From: Planktothrix sp. GU0601_MAG3
Lineage (GTDB): Bacteria > Cyanobacteriota > Cyanobacteriia > Cyanobacteriales > Microcoleaceae
Length of the DNA stretch: 64,000 bases
Assembly (NCBI GenBank): GCA_035193785.1
Contig: CP136572.1
Coordinates: 3,188,578-3,252,577 of the forward strand
Reading direction: 5' to 3'
The notes under the pieces were generated by a model, which ran no database searches, was not told where the DNA came from, and was given only the letters and a program-made list of their open reading frames with translations. Each line of letters begins with the position of its first letter. Within the stretch, counting starts at the first letter, position 1. This document shows positions 61,276 through 64,000 of this stretch, in pieces. The translations under genes were made by a program, and so were the position numbers.

Positions 61276-64000
61276 ATGCAACTTGAACAGCAACAACGGA
61301 TTATGGGCTATTTTATTGAGGAGGCGAAAGACCACCTCAATACAATTGAACAGGGATTACTCAATCTACAAACGACGATTGAAGATCCAGAACTGCTGAA
61401 TGAAGTGTTCCGGGCGGCTCACTCGGTCAAGGGCGGGGCGGCGATGTTGGGACTTAATAGTATTCAACAAACCGCTCACCGTTTAGAAGATAGTTTTAAA
61501 ATCCTGAAGGAAAACCGTCTTCCGAATCAATTTATTGATCAACAATTAGAATCATTATTTTTACAGGTTTTTGATACATTACAAGCCTTAATTGATCAGT
61601 TATCAGGGCCCTATGGCTTAACGGAAGAAGCAGCCAGTGCTATTTTGCAGGATGTTGAGCCAGTTTTTGAAGCCTTAAATTATCACATTAAAGTGGTTCA
61701 ACAACAGGGGACAAAGCGAGTGCCTGAAATGGAAACCGGGGCTACCTCCTCTGTACCCAATCGCCCCATTCCCACTCCGGTTATCTCTAAAGAACCTCCT
61801 AGTAGTGCGAAGGATTTGGTATTTCGCAGTGATGTTCCCGAACGTCTGCGGGAAATGTTGCAACAGTTCAAACAGTCAGAAACTCCACAAACTCGTCAAG
61901 GGTTAATCGAAACCTGTCGGAGTTTATCCCGGGTGGGGGAACTCTTTGATTTGCCCAATTGGGTTAGGTTTATTGAGACCCTAGAAAAAGTGATTGCCAA
62001 TCCTGATAATCACTATCGGATTCTAGCTCCGATTGTGATTAAATCTATTAAAGAAGCCCAAGAACTGGTTTTAGTGAATCGAGAGGAGGAAATTGTTGTA
62101 ACAGAAGGGATCACAAAACTTTTGCCCAAGACGGTTAGCCCTCCAAAAACAGATAAAAAAACCAAATCGTCGTCCCCATCCGTCTCCGCCTCTCAAACAC
62201 CCCCAAGTCAATCTAAACCCCCTAAGACTACGACGGATACAGCCACAAAAACGGGTCAATCCAAACAGGGGAATGGTAAGAAAAACCCCCCGAAAGTGGC
62301 GACACCGAATAACGCTTTCTCCGATGTGAACTGGTCAGATTCAGTGACCAACCCCAGTAATACCGCAGCCCGTTTACAAAACGGCCCAGAAATTACCCCA
62401 GACGAATATAACAGTCTCAGAGATTTATTTGAAGGTTTGGATCAATGGGAGCAGGAGGTGACGGAAGAAGCCCCCACCTCAACTTCCCCGTCCTTGGACA
62501 TCGCCACAGAATCCATGTCGGGGGACTTTTTTGATTTGTTGGAAGACGAAAAACCTGAGTTCAATCAACGGTCAACCTCTGGCTATCCACCCCAAACCCA
62601 GAAGGGAAAAACTAAACAAAAGCCCGGTTTAGTGACTTCTGGAACCGATGATGATCTATTGAGTTTCTTTGATCATCTGAGTGATGGGGACTCCGCCATC
62701 TCAGAAACGGTCACCCCAACCAAACCGACGTCGGTAGGAACCCGACAGCATTACCCGGTAGAGGGTTTTGGGGATTTATTCGATGAGTTGTTAGCGATTA
62801 ATCCCCAAGAGGGGATACCATCGCCGGGTTCGGCCGATCTTTCCCCGACCCAAATTACGGAGTTATTGGAAGATGCGGAAAATTTAGATGATCTATTTGA
62901 CCAGTTTGACCCGAAAATCCAAGCCAGTCAGGAAACGGACAGCAGCACATCGGGCCAGATGAATGTTCAAGAGGATTGGTTTGAAGAACTTTTACAGGGG
63001 GAAACTCGAAGAAGCCACGGATGTGACCGGGGAGGAGCCAAGTCCCACTCAACTCCCCCAGATGTCCCCAAGATTAGAACCTGTAGCGACGGTGCAGCCC
63101 ACCCTAGAACTGCCGGAAGATGATTTTGCGAGTTTGGATGCCTTACTCAATTTGGGAGGGGCAGATAGTCAACCAACGGCCGCGGAAACGACGGTGGAAG
63201 ATGAGGATTTCTTGGATTTGGATCAACTGCTCAATACCCCCGAGGCTGAACCCGTCACGCCTAATCCGCCTAAAAATATTAAGTCTCAGACCGCCCGCAA
63301 AGCTGTAAATAAGGAACCACAAATCTCGGAGGAGGATTCGGAATTTACAGAATTAATCCGATTAATTGAGGATGCTCCCCCTCGATCTCGTTCCACAACT
63401 CCTCCCCGGGGGACGTTTGCTAAACCTATTGCTGAACCGATTGTTAAAGTTCCGGTGAAGCAACTTGATGGTCTGAGCAACTTGATGGGGGAACTGGTGG
63501 TAAACCGGAACAGTTTGGAACAAGACCAAGAACGGATGCGGCAGTTTTTGGATAACTTACTGCATCAGGTTTCTTTGTTAGGGGATGTGGGTCAACGGAT
63601 GCAGGATTTCTATGAGCGATCGCTTTTGGAAATTTCCCTACTGTCCCACCGTCGCAAACCCTTCTGGTTTTCGGACAGTTCCTCGATTCATGATTCCGAT
63701 GATTCCAATAATGATTTAGATTCAACGGAACTGGATCGGTTTACGCCCTTCCATACCCTGTCCCAAGAGATTATTGAGTTAATTGTGCGGGTACGGGAGT
63801 CCAGTGCAGATATTGGATTTTTAGTTGAAGAAGCCGACCAGGTAACCCGGGAGTTGCGACGGATTACAACGGCGTTACAGGAAGGGTTAAATCGCGCCCG
63901 CATGGAACCCTTTGGCAGTGAAGCGGATGCCCTGAAACGTCCTGTGCGAGATATTTCGATTAAATGTGGGAAACAGGCCGAGTTATTTGTGGAGGGTCGG
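61276..64000 (+). CDS. pilL: CheA-like kinase PilL/HmpE-like, partial (frameshift at 63001-63005; runs off the window)
   Basis: Hpt [15 protein letters not shown]; after repair [23 protein letters not shown]...ELDRFTPFH...ARMEPF. Confidence 0.87.

Overview
Chromosomal window from a low-GC filamentous cyanobacterium (Oscillatoriales, Planktothrix-like; inferred from abundant HIP1 GCGATCGC sites, heptamer tandem repeats and gene content). It holds tRNA-Gly(TCC), ppk1, mutS2, a methionine-salvage cluster with a RuBisCO-like protein (mtnD-mtnW-mtnB), remA-gmk, gldA, gmd/fcl, clpX, a CheB-CheR hybrid kinase, psb34, desB, lpdA and the pilGHIJL (hmp-type) motility cluster. It also holds a small accessory island (HTH-NB-ARC gene, phased TCCGA repeats, two small unknown genes) and several MITE/REP-like repeats. 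The strongest hidden signal: I found 32 frameshifts, and each can be repaired at one of two motifs, GAAC/GTTC read with extra A/T (29 cases) or GTAC read as GTATAC (3 cases). These are most likely systematic sequencing miscalls at modified DNA rather than pseudogenes. GAAC/GTTC is the canonical DNA phosphorothioation (Dnd) motif, so the errors may record a partial backbone modification. Split ORFs are reported below as joined genes.
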